From a virus (taxonomy: Duplodnaviria; Caudoviricetes), in the IMG/VR virus record IMGVR_UViG_3300037067_004891, positions 192,001 through 256,000 of that record: a stretch of 64,000 bases of DNA. One strand, given 5' to 3'. Of the stretch, positions 26,952 to 37,814 are shown one piece after another. Positions within the stretch are counted from its first letter, which is position 1. Each line of letters begins with the position of its first letter. Below the pieces are notes generated by a model that searched no databases, had not been told where the DNA came from, and saw only the letters and a list, made by a program, of their open reading frames with translations. The translations under genes and the position numbers were made by a program.

Positions 26952-29042
26952 TTAATTGTTAATTTTTGATTTAAGAATATTTACTTCTTCTTTTAAATTT
27001 TTAATAATTTCATTTTGTTCTTGCATAGCTTTAACCAAAACTGCACTGAGGGTATTATAACTTACACCTTTTATAGAATCACCAATAGTTGGTGGTATTA
27101 ATTCTGGGATAACAATTTCAACTTCTTGTGCAATCAAACCAATTTTCTTAGATTTATCATCACCATTCTTAAAATTAAAATAAACTGGATTCAATTTAAT
27201 AATTTTATCAAGAGCATTTTCAAATGTTGATATATTTTCTTTTTCTCGGATATCTGAGATTGAAATCCAATCGGTCGCTTCACCAACACCATTAACTTTT
27301 AAACGTCTATTACTTGTGTTACTATTAGTGCCTATTAATACATTACCTCTTGCAGTTGAACTATAATATTGCATTATAATATCACCTCTTATACCGTTTG
27401 TAATCCCACCGTTTCCACCATTTCCAGTGAATATATTAATATTTCCGCTGTTTCCACCATAACGACCAGTGGAATGACCACCAGTTCCAGTTTGAAGTAT
27501 TAAATCACCACTATTTCCACCATTACCGCCATATATGGTATCTGTACCACCAGCAGTACCACCATTACCAGTATAGAAACTTAATATACCACTTGTAGCA
27601 CCATCCCCACCATATACTGGATATATATCATCAGTTCCACCCGCACCACCAACTAAAGTATATATAACTATATCACCTGATGAAAAACCAGGATTAATTC
27701 CAACTAAACCAGTAGTTCCAGCTCCAGCTCTTATATTAATATCTTGTTGTGCTTGATTATGATATAATGTACCAGTCGAATCATCATTGAAATATATACC
27801 GCCATTGAAATATACATAATTCGAATTGTATGGAAAATAAAACACTGCACTATTTGTACCTGATTGTCTTCTATAAAATATAACGTTATCAATTGGTGTT
27901 AATGCAGATGGTGTATTGTCACCATTATAAATAATACCGCCACCATTGGATATACTTTCACCTACATATAAATATCCAGTACCAGCACTTGGGCCGTATG
28001 CTTCAAAACCAGCTATATAACTACTATTAGCTAATGTTCTTATAACTGAATTAGCTGCTCTTGATGTTTTACCAACATTAAATACTCCATCTATTAATGT
28101 TGTAGATGTACCAATATTCAATGTAGTATTAACATTCAAATCATTATCAATTGTTACAGTACCAACATTATTTATTGTAATATAACTCGTACCACTAAAC
28201 GAAGAACCTCTCGATATTAAAAAATTATCTAAATTGTTAACTCCTGTATACCAATAATTAGCAGCAGAATTATGATATTTATACATCATAGTAACACCAT
28301 ACGCACCATTGTCAATATTATTCAAAGTTATACTTGGTGTGACTCCACCAGTAAAATGATTCACTACTATTTGATCAGAATGTGTTGTTACACCACTTAA
28401 TGTAGATGTAGTATCAGCTAATAATGTGGTTCTGACTCTTAATGAACCATTTATATCCAACGTTGCAGTTGGTGAATCAACATTTATACCAACTGAATTA
28501 CTCAAATCTGGTCTAACTATAACACCAGTATTAAAAATATTATTACCAAATCTCAATGGTGATAACACCAAAAGTATTTCATTATAATTATAAATAGAAC
28601 TTGTTGTTGGATCAATTGTAATTCTATCTGACGATGTATTATAAAAATGACTATCTCCAAAAACAGTTAATTTAGCAGTTATAGAAGCACCACTTAAACC
28701 AATTCCAACGTTTCCAACTGGTGGATTATACCATATACCTGTTGCACCAGATGTCCATATATTAGCAACACCAATTAAATAATCAGCAAAATTTATCCAA
28801 GATGAACCACTAAGTTGATATGTAGTCATCTGATTTCCTCTTTCAGCAGATGAACGCACAGTAATTAACATACCAGTTTCTGTGCGTAGGGGATAATTTG
28901 ATACTAAATTGTTTCTATCAGTATCATAATCTACAACATGATGACCACCCTTTATATCACTCGAATTAACAACAGCATATTTATCTGCATCATCAAAAGT
29001 TTTAATTGTATCAACAACTAATGTTCCTGTATTTTTTGCCAT
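26952..29042 (-). CDS. tail fibre protein with C-terminal intramolecular chaperone (peptidase S74)
   Basis: SDIREKENI...IGLIAQEVE...VSY...LVKAMQEQ; Gly-rich shaft. Confidence 0.85.
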   Translation of the reverse strand: MAKNTGTLVVDTIKTFDDADKYAVVNSSDIKGGHHVVDYDTDRNNLVSNYPLRTETGMLITVRSSAERGNQMTTYQLSGSSWINFADYLIGVANIWTSGATGIWYNPPVGNVGIGLSGASITAKLTVFGDSHFYNTSSDRITIDPTTSSIYNYNEILLVLSPLRFGNNIFNTGVIVRPDLSNSVGINVDSPTATLDINGSLRVRTTLLADTTSTLSGVTTHSDQIVVNHFTGGVTPSITLNNIDNGAYGVTMMYKYHNSAANYWYTGVNNLDNFLISRGSSFSGTSYITINNVGTVTIDNDLNVNTTLNIGTSTTLIDGVFNVGKTSRAANSVIRTLANSSYIAGFEAYGPSAGTGYLYVGESISNGGGIIYNGDNTPSALTPIDNVIFYRRQSGTNSAVFYFPYNSNYVYFNGGIYFNDDSTGTLYHNQAQQDINIRAGAGTTGLVGINPGFSSGDIVIYTLVGGAGGTDDIYPVYGGDGATSGILSFYTGNGGTAGGTDTIYGGNGGNSGDLILQTGTGGHSTGRYGGNSGNINIFTGNGGNGGITNGIRGDIIMQYYSSTARGNVLIGTNSNTSNRRLKVNGVGEATDWISISDIREKENISTFENALDKIIKLNPVYFNFKNGDDKSKKIGLIAQEVEIVIPELIPPTIGDSIKGVSYNTLSAVLVKAMQEQNEIIKNLKEEVNILKSKINN

Positions 29043-29059
29043 TTAAATATTTTTCTTTT

Positions 29060-30166
29060 TTAATTTATCACAACTGTAATATTACCTGTTAATAAATTTG
29101 CACTTCTATAAAAATAATACGAAGCATTATTACCACTATTATTAATATGAGATATAGTTGAAACGATGGGAACATTTTCAACACCACCAATAGTAAATGT
29201 CGATGTACCCCATGATACTGGGTATATATAATAAAAATATTGATTAGCACATACATATGTTATCGTTTTAACCCTTGTGGTTGATAATTCATTAGAAAGT
29301 GCATTTATTTGACCATCAGATAAGGTAGTCAATGTACCAACACCCCAATATCTTGAATATCTAAAATTAACAGTTGCTGTTGCTAATGCCGTTGCTAATT
29401 CCAAATCAGTACAATGCATAGTATAAGTTGTATTTGTTGTTAGACTAAGACTATTTATTACAATTGTACCAGATGTTGCGGGTGCAAAATTTGTAACAGG
29501 CGCACCAGTTCCTGTTATTGTTACAGAAGACATAATTTTATTAGTTGTCCAACCAACAGAAACAGATGTGACAGTTGAACCAATTTCAACAGCACCACCC
29601 GATGGTATTGAAATTGTTCCAGTAACAACAGGTAAAACATATAATAAACCATTTAAAGCTAATTCAATTGTAGTATAAGCTGGATAAGATTGATTTGTAT
29701 ATGTGATTTCAGTTGCAGTTAAATTATTACTATTATCAACTTTACCCCACACAACACCATTATGAATAGCCCAATCACCAGATTGCCACTCATTAATACC
29801 ATCCAAATTAGTATTACCAGATGTTCCAACAATCCAATACCAGCCCTGTTCAGGCATTGTTGATGGTGGATTGCCTATACTCGCATTCCATGTTCCTTGA
29901 TATATAACTGCACCAAGTATTGAGCTTGGTAAATCAGACACTCTTATTTTTCCACTAATTGGGTCTATTAGTGCTATTTCAGTTACACCAGTATTGGTTC
30001 TCGTCCATAACCTATAATCTACCATATTAAGAAAAAACTCACCTTTATAGATATCAGTATCTAACCAACCCAGAGTATGATCTTCAACAGCAGGTACAGT
30101 TGGTTCAATACCACTTATTTCACTATTTTTTATTAATAACCTCGCACCTTTTACTAATTTTGTCAT
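29060..30166 (-). CDS. tail fibre/structural protein
   Basis: YQGTWNAS...GDWAI...WGKVDN motif; beta-rich, Thr-rich. Confidence 0.65.
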   Translation of the reverse strand: MTKLVKGARLLIKNSEISGIEPTVPAVEDHTLGWLDTDIYKGEFFLNMVDYRLWTRTNTGVTEIALIDPISGKIRVSDLPSSILGAVIYQGTWNASIGNPPSTMPEQGWYWIVGTSGNTNLDGINEWQSGDWAIHNGVVWGKVDNSNNLTATEITYTNQSYPAYTTIELALNGLLYVLPVVTGTISIPSGGAVEIGSTVTSVSVGWTTNKIMSSVTITGTGAPVTNFAPATSGTIVINSLSLTTNTTYTMHCTDLELATALATATVNFRYSRYWGVGTLTTLSDGQINALSNELSTTRVKTITYVCANQYFYYIYPVSWGTSTFTIGGVENVPIVSTISHINNSGNNASYYFYRSANLLTGNITVVIN

Positions 30167-30183
30167 TTCATTTATTTTCTTTT

Positions 30184-33100
30184 TTATAATTCAACTTCAT
30201 TAGAATCAACAACATAATCTGTTGATTCATTCGGATCAACAACTAAAAACACTAAAAACGCATTTCCATCAAGAACATTATATTCGCCAAGATAAAAATC
30301 ATCAATTCGCTCAGTTTGATTAAAATATTCTGGATATAATAATTGTTTAGGAATCATTGTTTTTTTATCAACTCCAACATCTAATATTTCAATTGGTCGA
30401 TAAAAAAGATTCACATCATCTTCTATTTTATAAAAACGCAATATAAAATTTCTTGTGTTTGGTTTACTTTCTGATAATAAACCAAGTGTGTAAAATTTTA
30501 TATAATCATTATTATTCATTATCTCTCCATAATATAGATATATATTTTTTTTTACAAAGTCATTTTTGGAAATATAATAATCATAATCCTCATTCTTATA
30601 AACATCATACAAAATCTCAGATATGGACAATAATTCTTTAATATTTTTTATTTTCACAACGGTTTCCAATGATAAAAAATATTTCGGTTTTTCCAACCAT
30701 ACAATATTTTCGTCTATTTTAAGAATTAAGGTTTTTGTATATGTTGTTGTACCAGATATTTCCACATATGTATATGGATTGAAATTGACCAAATCATCAA
30801 TGTTGGTTATATTCAATTGTATTATATCTTTATCTAAATAAAATTGTGAAAATGATGTTATTTCATCATCATTATAAAGTATCATATCTGGTTTAAATAC
30901 TATACTTGTAACTCCTGATAGAAATTCATATAATTTATATCTTATGTATGAGTTTTGAGTAGTGAATTTACTCGTTGAACCACTATAAACAAATTCTAAT
31001 CCATCATAATCGAATTTTATATTATATTCATATTCAGTTGGTTGAAACAATATTTTAGTCTCGGTCATTGTTGAGATATCATTAACACTAAAAAATTTAC
31101 TTAAAAAAGAATTTTGTAATGAAACCACCAATCCTTCACTACTCAAATCTGAATATTGAATATTACGAATAATCCATGTTATATTTAATTGATTATTAAA
31201 ATCTTTTATAATCCATTCTGGCATCAAATCTGATATTGTCAATCCAGATGATGTTATATCAGTAACAAATGTATCAAACATCAATAAAAGTTTTTCTTCT
31301 CTTTTAATTTCTATTCTAATATAATCATCAATGTTAATAGGTATTGTTGGAAAAACAGAATTGTCCACAATAGTATTATATTTTTTAGAATATGGGTCTG
31401 TTATTAAAAAGTTTTTTATAGTATCAACAGTATATGGTTCATATGTAATAGAACCAGCTACATAAATCATATCAAATAATTGCATTTCACTTATAGATAA
31501 TAATGTCGAACCGTTATTAGTAGTTACATATAATCTATAAAACAAATACGGAACTGTATTATTTATAATAAATTCTCGATATGATCTGGTAGACCAAGCG
31601 ACTTGAGACATCTGAACATCCAAATTTATCCAATCTATATCATTATTAGATGCTTGAAATTTCCAATTTTTTGGACTTTTACTTTCATCATCTGTACATT
31701 CAATACTATATTTCCATATTATAATTGGTGTATTATAATTAAATTTTAACCAACCATTACTTGTATTACTTCTCCAAAATGTTGTATTATTATCATCAAA
31801 AGCTTTCCAAGTTTCAAAACCACTATAAAATGAGCCATTTGCCGAACATGACCCAGATATAGAAACATTACTCGTCATGGGTGGTATGCTATCTGATGTT
31901 CTTTTTAAATAATCATCGAATGGATTATATGTATCAGAAAATTGTATTGAATATGTTTTATTATAACGATTTAAATCAAAAGTATAACCAGTATTTAATG
32001 TGTTTAATGTCATTATAAATCCACTATATAACTCGAAGTTTTTATTATTCATCAATCTTGCAACATCATAATCTGCAAACACCAACTTATGTGTATTACC
32101 AGTATTTGTTGGTATAGTATTTATATCATAAACGATCCTATGTTTTAAAATATAAGAATGTCTCACATCAAACACTTTCTGTTCGCCTGAAATAGGAAAT
32201 ATATCATATGAATTTGGTAATAAAAAAAATTGTTTGTTTTTATTTATTGTACCAAGTTTGACATATGCTTTGAATCTGTCTGATTTTTCTCTATCTGATA
32301 AATAATTACTTAATAAAAAAAATCTTTTTTCATTAACAATATAAATATCATTTTCAAATATATTCGTTTGATCTTTCAGTAAAACTAAATGATTTTGTTT
32401 TAAAACAACATCATCAATTTTGAATTGTGGTTGAGTCAAATCAATATTTCCTACTGATGCAACATCAACTTGTATATAATTTTTAATAAATTTGTTCATA
32501 ATTTCATACTCATTATACATGTTAAATAAAGAATTTGAGTCATCATTTGTTAAAACACCAAATCTATAAACATCACTAAGATTATCAACATAAGTAAATG
32601 ATATACCTGATATACATTTTTGTAATCTAAAATATACATCAGTTAAATCATCAACATTCCACAATTGTTCTCTATCAATTCTTGTTATTTCACCACCTAT
32701 TAATGTATCATAATATTCTACTTCATAATTAAATTTCCATAAACCAAACTGATTTCCAATATACAGTAATTCGTATTCATCAAATGTGGTAATTATGCTC
32801 AAATTATTTGAAGGCAAATTATTGCCGTATGTTACACCCGAAATATTGTTAAATATTTTACCTTCACCATTAACCAAATTATAAGACCATATACCATTTG
32901 TAGTAGATGAAACATATAATTTGTTTTTTATTTCATTTTTATATATTTTTAAAACAGGATCATTTGGGATTTCCACACCATTCGTTGTAAAAGGTATTGC
33001 AGCCGATAAATGATCTCCCACATCATATGTTGTATCATATTGATAAATTCCATTGTCCAACAAACCAGCATACATAATTTCGTTGATATTATCAAAATAT

Positions 33101-33870
33101 ACTGTTCTGGTTGTTCCAGTAGGATATTGATCACCAGAACTCGGAGTGAATAAGCTGTCATATAAAAAACCTTCGTTGTTTGATCTTTTCCATCTCCAAA
33201 TACCAAGTGGTGTTGCTACATATAAAATTTCCAATCGTTTGTTTATCACTATTTGATAAATAGTATCACTTGGTAAATTAACACCATATATTACTGAAGT
33301 AGAAGTGTTCACCAATTTACCACTATCTATTGTAGTATTCCATTCCCAAAATCCAAGTGCTTGATAACCAAAATAAAATATAACGTGATTTAAACTATTT
33401 CTATAATAATTAATATTACAAACATTATAAGTAAAACCTGAAGGTGGAGAATTTCCAGTTGTTGGTATATAATTTTCATTGATTATCCACCCTTTATCTA
33501 TAGTCATATTCCATTTCCATATTCCATCAGCAGTAGTGGCATATAAAATATTATTATATTCATCAATAGATATAGCAAAAATATCATTCGAAGTTAGTCC
33601 ACTACCCTCAAGTGGTATGTATGTGGTATCAATAGTAGTTCCACTATTCAAAAGTTTATTAAATATATATATTCCAGCAGATGTGGCAATATAAATTTCA
33701 TCACCCTTAATATATAAATCCAATATATTATCAGAAGGTATATTTATTTGAATATCTGCGCCAATAGTATTATTGAGTATAACACCAGTTTCTTTCAAAT
33801 TTAAAATTTCTTTACTAATATATTTTGGATTCTGAGTCCACTCATATTTAGGATTCCATATATCTCTCAT
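30184..33870 (-). CDS. large virion protein with beta-propeller repeats and F5/8 (discoidin)-like domain; start moved to MRDIWNP
   Basis: Repeated LY(V/A)AT..GIW; WKAFDDNNTTFW...WLKF...PKNWKFQASN. The upstream 54 codons of the track ORF cover a TATATA motif and overlap a divergent gene. Confidence 0.7.
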   Translation of the reverse strand: MRDIWNPKYEWTQNPKYISKEILNLKETGVILNNTIGADIQINIPSDNILDLYIKGDEIYIATSAGIYIFNKLLNSGTTIDTTYIPLEGSGLTSNDIFAISIDEYNNILYATTADGIWKWNMTIDKGWIINENYIPTTGNSPPSGFTYNVCNINYYRNSLNHVIFYFGYQALGFWEWNTTIDSGKLVNTSTSVIYGVNLPSDTIYQIVINKRLEILYVATPLGIWRWKRSNNEGFLYDSLFTPSSGDQYPTGTTRTVYFDNINEIMYAGLLDNGIYQYDTTYDVGDHLSAAIPFTTNGVEIPNDPVLKIYKNEIKNKLYVSSTTNGIWSYNLVNGEGKIFNNISGVTYGNNLPSNNLSIITTFDEYELLYIGNQFGLWKFNYEVEYYDTLIGGEITRIDREQLWNVDDLTDVYFRLQKCISGISFTYVDNLSDVYRFGVLTNDDSNSLFNMYNEYEIMNKFIKNYIQVDVASVGNIDLTQPQFKIDDVVLKQNHLVLLKDQTNIFENDIYIVNEKRFFLLSNYLSDREKSDRFKAYVKLGTINKNKQFFLLPNSYDIFPISGEQKVFDVRHSYILKHRIVYDINTIPTNTGNTHKLVFADYDVARLMNNKNFELYSGFIMTLNTLNTGYTFDLNRYNKTYSIQFSDTYNPFDDYLKRTSDSIPPMTSNVSISGSCSANGSFYSGFETWKAFDDNNTTFWRSNTSNGWLKFNYNTPIIIWKYSIECTDDESKSPKNWKFQASNNDIDWINLDVQMSQVAWSTRSYREFIINNTVPYLFYRLYVTTNNGSTLLSISEMQLFDMIYVAGSITYEPYTVDTIKNFLITDPYSKKYNTIVDNSVFPTIPINIDDYIRIEIKREEKLLLMFDTFVTDITSSGLTISDLMPEWIIKDFNNQLNITWIIRNIQYSDLSSEGLVVSLQNSFLSKFFSVNDISTMTETKILFQPTEYEYNIKFDYDGLEFVYSGSTSKFTTQNSYIRYKLYEFLSGVTSIVFKPDMILYNDDEITSFSQFYLDKDIIQLNITNIDDLVNFNPYTYVEISGTTTYTKTLILKIDENIVWLEKPKYFLSLETVVKIKNIKELLSISEILYDVYKNEDYDYYISKNDFVKKNIYLYYGEIMNNNDYIKFYTLGLLSESKPNTRNFILRFYKIEDDVNLFYRPIEILDVGVDKKTMIPKQLLYPEYFNQTERIDDFYLGEYNVLDGNAFLVFLVVDPNESTDYVVDSNEVEL

Positions 33871-34005
33871 GAATAATAAAAATATTTTTATAAATAATTT
33901 CCTTCTGTATATATTAAAAAAATATCTACAAAGAATTTGTAATTCAAAATTTAATAAATAAAACAAATTGTAATTAAAAATATATAAGATTAAAAAGTTT
34001 TTATA

Positions 34006-34218
34006 ATGGATGATCAAAGAATAAAATATCAAAACTATAAAATAAAAAAATCTTTTAAGATATTTGATTTTTTAAAAATCTTGAATAAAAATAAGATTAA
34101 AATAATATTGATAGTTCTAATAATAACAATATTATTATTTCCTACTTTCTATGGACAAATAACTGGCAATTTTATAAACAAACTAATTACAGCGTTTACA
34201 AATCAAATATCATTTTAA
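34006..34218 (+). CDS. small membrane protein
   Basis: Hydrophobic IILIVLIITILLFP. Confidence 0.55.
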   Translation: MDDQRIKYQNYKIKKSFKIFDFLKILNKNKIKIILIVLIITILLFPTFYGQITGNFINKLITAFTNQISF

Positions 34219-34503
34219 ATGAGTATCGAAAAGGTGTATATTGAAAAATATAAATTAGATGAGTGGTTTTTTGACGATTATCAAGATAAACAATTAAAAA
34301 TAAGATTTTCAGATAGAATAGAATATAAATTAAATGGTGTGTATCACAATATTTATGATGCTGCTATAAAATTTCTCAGTAATTCTGGAATAGACCAATT
34401 TTATATTCACGGTAAACATTTTAAAGATAAAGTGGAATGGGAGTCTGAAGCTATTAAATTATCAAGAAAAAGTAAAATAAGAAATTTATTTAAAGAAGAA
34501 TAA
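34219..34503 (+). CDS. hypothetical protein
   Basis: 94 aa, EYKLNGVYHN..DAAI...FYIHGK. Confidence 0.6.
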   Translation: MSIEKVYIEKYKLDEWFFDDYQDKQLKIRFSDRIEYKLNGVYHNIYDAAIKFLSNSGIDQFYIHGKHFKDKVEWESEAIKLSRKSKIRNLFKEE

Positions 34504-34605
34504 TTTTTTATTAAAAACAATTGGAAATATATTTTATTTGTTTATATTTACCTGTTTTTTATCTAAATAAAAATTAAAATATTTTTAAATACAACCTTAC
34601 AAAAA

Positions 34606-34956
34606 ATGAATGCTGGTATTTTTTCAAAATCACCATTGGCAACTACAAATTACAGCCAATTTCAAAAAGTAGACGAAATCACCTTTAAGAAAAGTGGAAT
34701 TAAGTATTCAGATCAATTAAAAAAAGAACAAAAGGTTCTAAAAGCCTTAATTACCGAAAAATTCCCAAATTTTATCAATGACAATCTTGTAGCTTTAAAA
34801 AAAGTCACAAACCAATTGTGTTCTATTAATGAAGATGACTATAAATTTGTAGACTTGAATTCATTTGAATATCAAAAGTTGATCACAAAGGAAATTTTTA
34901 TTTTGGTTGGTAAAGTAAAGGACATGAAAGAATTTTTTGAAAATGTTAATGTTTAA
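34606..34956 (+). CDS. hypothetical protein
   Basis: 116-aa ORF. Confidence 0.6.
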   Translation: MNAGIFSKSPLATTNYSQFQKVDEITFKKSGIKYSDQLKKEQKVLKALITEKFPNFINDNLVALKKVTNQLCSINEDDYKFVDLNSFEYQKLITKEIFILVGKVKDMKEFFENVNV

Positions 34957-35234
34957 GTGAACTACCCACCCACGCCAAAGGCGATAGGATGGGCTTCGGG
35001 TTTCATAGAGCGTGCTTTGTTGCCAAAGTCTGATTTACTCTCCACCTTTGTAATGGACAGTTCCTGCCCATATATTTTTAATCCTTCTTTTAGAATGTTC
35101 TTTGCAGCATTAAGGTCACGGTCTAATACGTGTCCGTTTTTGCAAGTCCATTCTCTTATTGAAAGATTTAAGTCTTGATTTATCCAACCACATTCACAAC
35201 AGGTTTTACTTGATGGATACCAACGATTGTTCAT
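34957..35234 (-). pseudogene. tnpB: 3' remnant of IS200/IS605 tnpB with right end
   Basis: [13 protein letters not shown]...[10 protein letters not shown]; end GAAGCCCATCCTATCGCCTTTGGCGTGGGTGGGTAGTTCAC. Confidence 0.85.
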
Positions 35235-35249
35235 TTAATTAATATTTAG

Positions 35250-36470
35250 ATTCCAAATATATAATAAATACATTATATTTGCAACGTGGTTATAATAAAA
35301 ACATATAAACAGAAATTATATAAGTGTGAAAACAAAACTCAACACTTAAATGATCTTTTATACGTTGCCAAAGATGTTTATAATCATTGCATTGCGCTAC
35401 ATAAACGCTATTATAAATTATATAATAAATCACTGAATATATTTCAATTGCAAAAACATATCACAAAGATTAAAAAAACACATAAAAAGCATTGGTATAA
35501 ACTTAATTCTCAGTCTATTCAAGAAATAACGGAACGGATTGATAAGTCTTATAAATTATTCTTTCAGGAACGCAAACGTGGAAATAAAGAAATTAGTTTG
35601 CCAAAATTCAAAAGTTTCAGGAAATATAAGTCAATAACATATAAGACATCAGGTTATCAATACTTTCAGAATTCAATAATTATTCAAAATAGGACATACA
35701 AACTTTTTAAAGACAGACAAATAATTGGTAAAATTAAGACCATCACGGTGAAAAAAGATAGCATTGGTGACTGGTTTATTTGCGTTTCAGTACAGGAAAA
35801 TATTGAGCCAAGCCTTCAAAGAACTGGTAAAACAGTCGGGTTGGATTTTGGCTTGAAAACATTTCTGACTACATCGGACAGTGAAAAAAAAGAAAGCCCA
35901 GAATTCCTGAAATCTGACATGGCCAAATATCGAAAACTTTCAAAAAGTTTATCGAAAAAGGTCAAAGGCAGCAAAAACAGGAGAAAAGCAAGATTGTCAT
36001 TATGCCGTTTTCACGCTAAAATCACAAATAAACGTGATGATTGGCAATGGAAATTAGCCCGTGAATTGGTTGCGAAATATGATATTATAAGTGTTGAAAC
36101 GCTTAATATTAAAGCCATGCAGCGTTTGTGGGGAAGAAAAATAAGTGATCTTGCAATATCAAGTTTTTATTCCAAATTGGAATATCTCTGTAAAATTGAG
36201 GACAAAAAATTCGTCCAAATCGACAGATGGTATCCAAGTTCAAAAACATGTCATTGCTGTGGGCATATTTTAAAAGAATTGTCGCTAAGTCAAAGAACTT
36301 GGATTTGTCCGAAGTGTAATGTTGTCCATGATCGGGATGAAAACGCAGCAAAAAACATTGAAATGGTTGGGACATCGACCATTCGTTTAGCAGATGTAAG
36401 ACTTCATGCAAATGAAGCTGTCTGTGCTTGAGGCGAGAACCTCCCTGCCTTCAGGCGGGAGAGTATGTCA
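35250..36470 (+). mobile_element. IS200/IS605-family tnpB-only element
   Basis: Left hairpin CAAATAT...ATATTTG (35254-35281); right hairpin CTCCCTGCC-TTCA-GGCGGGAG followed by GTATGTCA. Boundaries approximate. Confidence 0.75.
35286..36431 (+). CDS. tnpB: TnpB RNA-guided endonuclease
   Basis: GLDFGLK, VETLNI, YPSSKTCHCCG, DRDENAAKNI; all three RuvC acidic residues present. Confidence 0.93.
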   Translation: MVIIKTYKQKLYKCENKTQHLNDLLYVAKDVYNHCIALHKRYYKLYNKSLNIFQLQKHITKIKKTHKKHWYKLNSQSIQEITERIDKSYKLFFQERKRGNKEISLPKFKSFRKYKSITYKTSGYQYFQNSIIIQNRTYKLFKDRQIIGKIKTITVKKDSIGDWFICVSVQENIEPSLQRTGKTVGLDFGLKTFLTTSDSEKKESPEFLKSDMAKYRKLSKSLSKKVKGSKNRRKARLSLCRFHAKITNKRDDWQWKLARELVAKYDIISVETLNIKAMQRLWGRKISDLAISSFYSKLEYLCKIEDKKFVQIDRWYPSSKTCHCCGHILKELSLSQRTWICPKCNVVHDRDENAAKNIEMVGTSTIRLADVRLHANEAVCA

Positions 36471-36727
36471 GTTTTATATGAAAAGGGTCTCATCTTATAT
36501 TTATTTGATAATGCGCCACCATCTAATTCTAATTTAAAAACAGAAGTAGAAGAATCACCCAAGTATTCACCCATCATTTTGTCTCTGGTTGTTGATATAT
36601 TTGAAAAATATTTAGATGAAATTTTATTATGCTTTAAAATATAAAATATTTTTTCAATATCAATTATATGATAAAGACTACCAATATTTTTATACTCATT
36701 TAAGAATGAATAAAAATTTCTAAGCAT
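36404..36727 (-). pseudogene. paralog of 53173..53757 interrupted by the IS right end
   Basis: LYH...ISTTRD...LD...LSNKYKMRPF, after which the frame runs into IS sequence; lacks the paralog's ExEER. Confidence 0.6.
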
Positions 36728-37211
36728 TGCAATAACGTTTTATTTTATTCAAATCGTGTTTTAACAATTCTACCAATCCAAAATGTTTAGGTTTTATTTT
36801 AATTAGCTCGTCAAACGTTATCCATTTATAACTTTCAGTCTCCCAGTTTAATTCGGGTTCGAATTCTTCATCTATTAAACCTATAAAATTGAAATATTTA
36901 AAAGTCTTTGTGGGTGTTTCAAATATATATGCAGGTATTAGTTTGATATCACCACTGTATCCAGCTTCTTCTGTAAATTCTCTTTTAACAACATCCATAA
37001 TATCATCTTCAGTTTGACCGTATTCTTCATCTATCTTACCACCCCAAACTCCAAAACATTGAGACTCTAAGACATAAGCTGACCTAAAGGGAAGTAATAT
37101 TCTATTTGTTGAGGTACATATCGGTAACACTCCACCACCTACATTTCCCCAAAAATTATCACCAGCGTCATTATAACCATATTCTTCAAGAAATTTTTTA
37201 TAACTTTTCAT
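36720..37211 (-). CDS. NUDIX hydrolase
   Basis: WGGKID...VKREFTEEAG Nudix box; LNWET. Confidence 0.85.
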   Translation of the reverse strand: MKSYKKFLEEYGYNDAGDNFWGNVGGGVLPICTSTNRILLPFRSAYVLESQCFGVWGGKIDEEYGQTEDDIMDVVKREFTEEAGYSGDIKLIPAYIFETPTKTFKYFNFIGLIDEEFEPELNWETESYKWITFDELIKIKPKHFGLVELLKHDLNKIKRYCNA

Positions 37212-37213
37212 AT

Positions 37214-37741
37214 TTAATTCAATAAATTTTTATTGATATTTTCATCATAAAACACTTCTTCTATTAAGCCATCAAATTCATAATGTAAATCATACTCAAC
37301 TGGGTCAAATTCTTCACCATCATCAGTTATAAATTTATAGTCGGATTGCTCTGTTTCTTTATCTCTAACTATATATCCTTTGTATATTTTATATCTAAAA
37401 TGTATTTCACCAACATAAGCTACTGAATCATCTTCATCAGACATATTCTTCAACAAGAAACATATTTCTTTTGTTGAATCATAATATTTTTTGTTAATTA
37501 TATTTTCACCATTAAAAATGGAATTTTCAGAAGGTTCTTCCTCATCATTTTTTAAAATTTTCTGAACTTCGGGAGATTTAACATCTTCTATGTTTTTTAA
37601 TTGATTTTTTTCCTCTGGGGATAACGAGTTCATACCACTTTTAGAAATTTTATCTAATAAATTATCAAGTACTTTTGTTTGATAACTTGAATATTCTTCA
37701 AATAATAATAAAAATTTCATTTTATATGTTTTATTTTTCAT
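37214..37741 (-). CDS. hypothetical protein
   Basis: MKFLLLFEEY; LDNLLDKISKSGMNSLSPEEK motif. Confidence 0.65.
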   Translation of the reverse strand: MKNKTYKMKFLLLFEEYSSYQTKVLDNLLDKISKSGMNSLSPEEKNQLKNIEDVKSPEVQKILKNDEEEPSENSIFNGENIINKKYYDSTKEICFLLKNMSDEDDSVAYVGEIHFRYKIYKGYIVRDKETEQSDYKFITDDGEEFDPVEYDLHYEFDGLIEEVFYDENINKNLLN

Positions 37742-37814
37742 TATATATTAAATTATATTTTTCTAATAATGAACATTCAAATTTAAATATATAGATAAAA
37801 ATAGATAAACAACT

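Noticed and set aside
33871-34032. N-terminal 54 aa of the 1282-aa track ORF
   Set aside because: Low-complexity AT-rich extension covering a promoter motif and overlapping a divergent gene.
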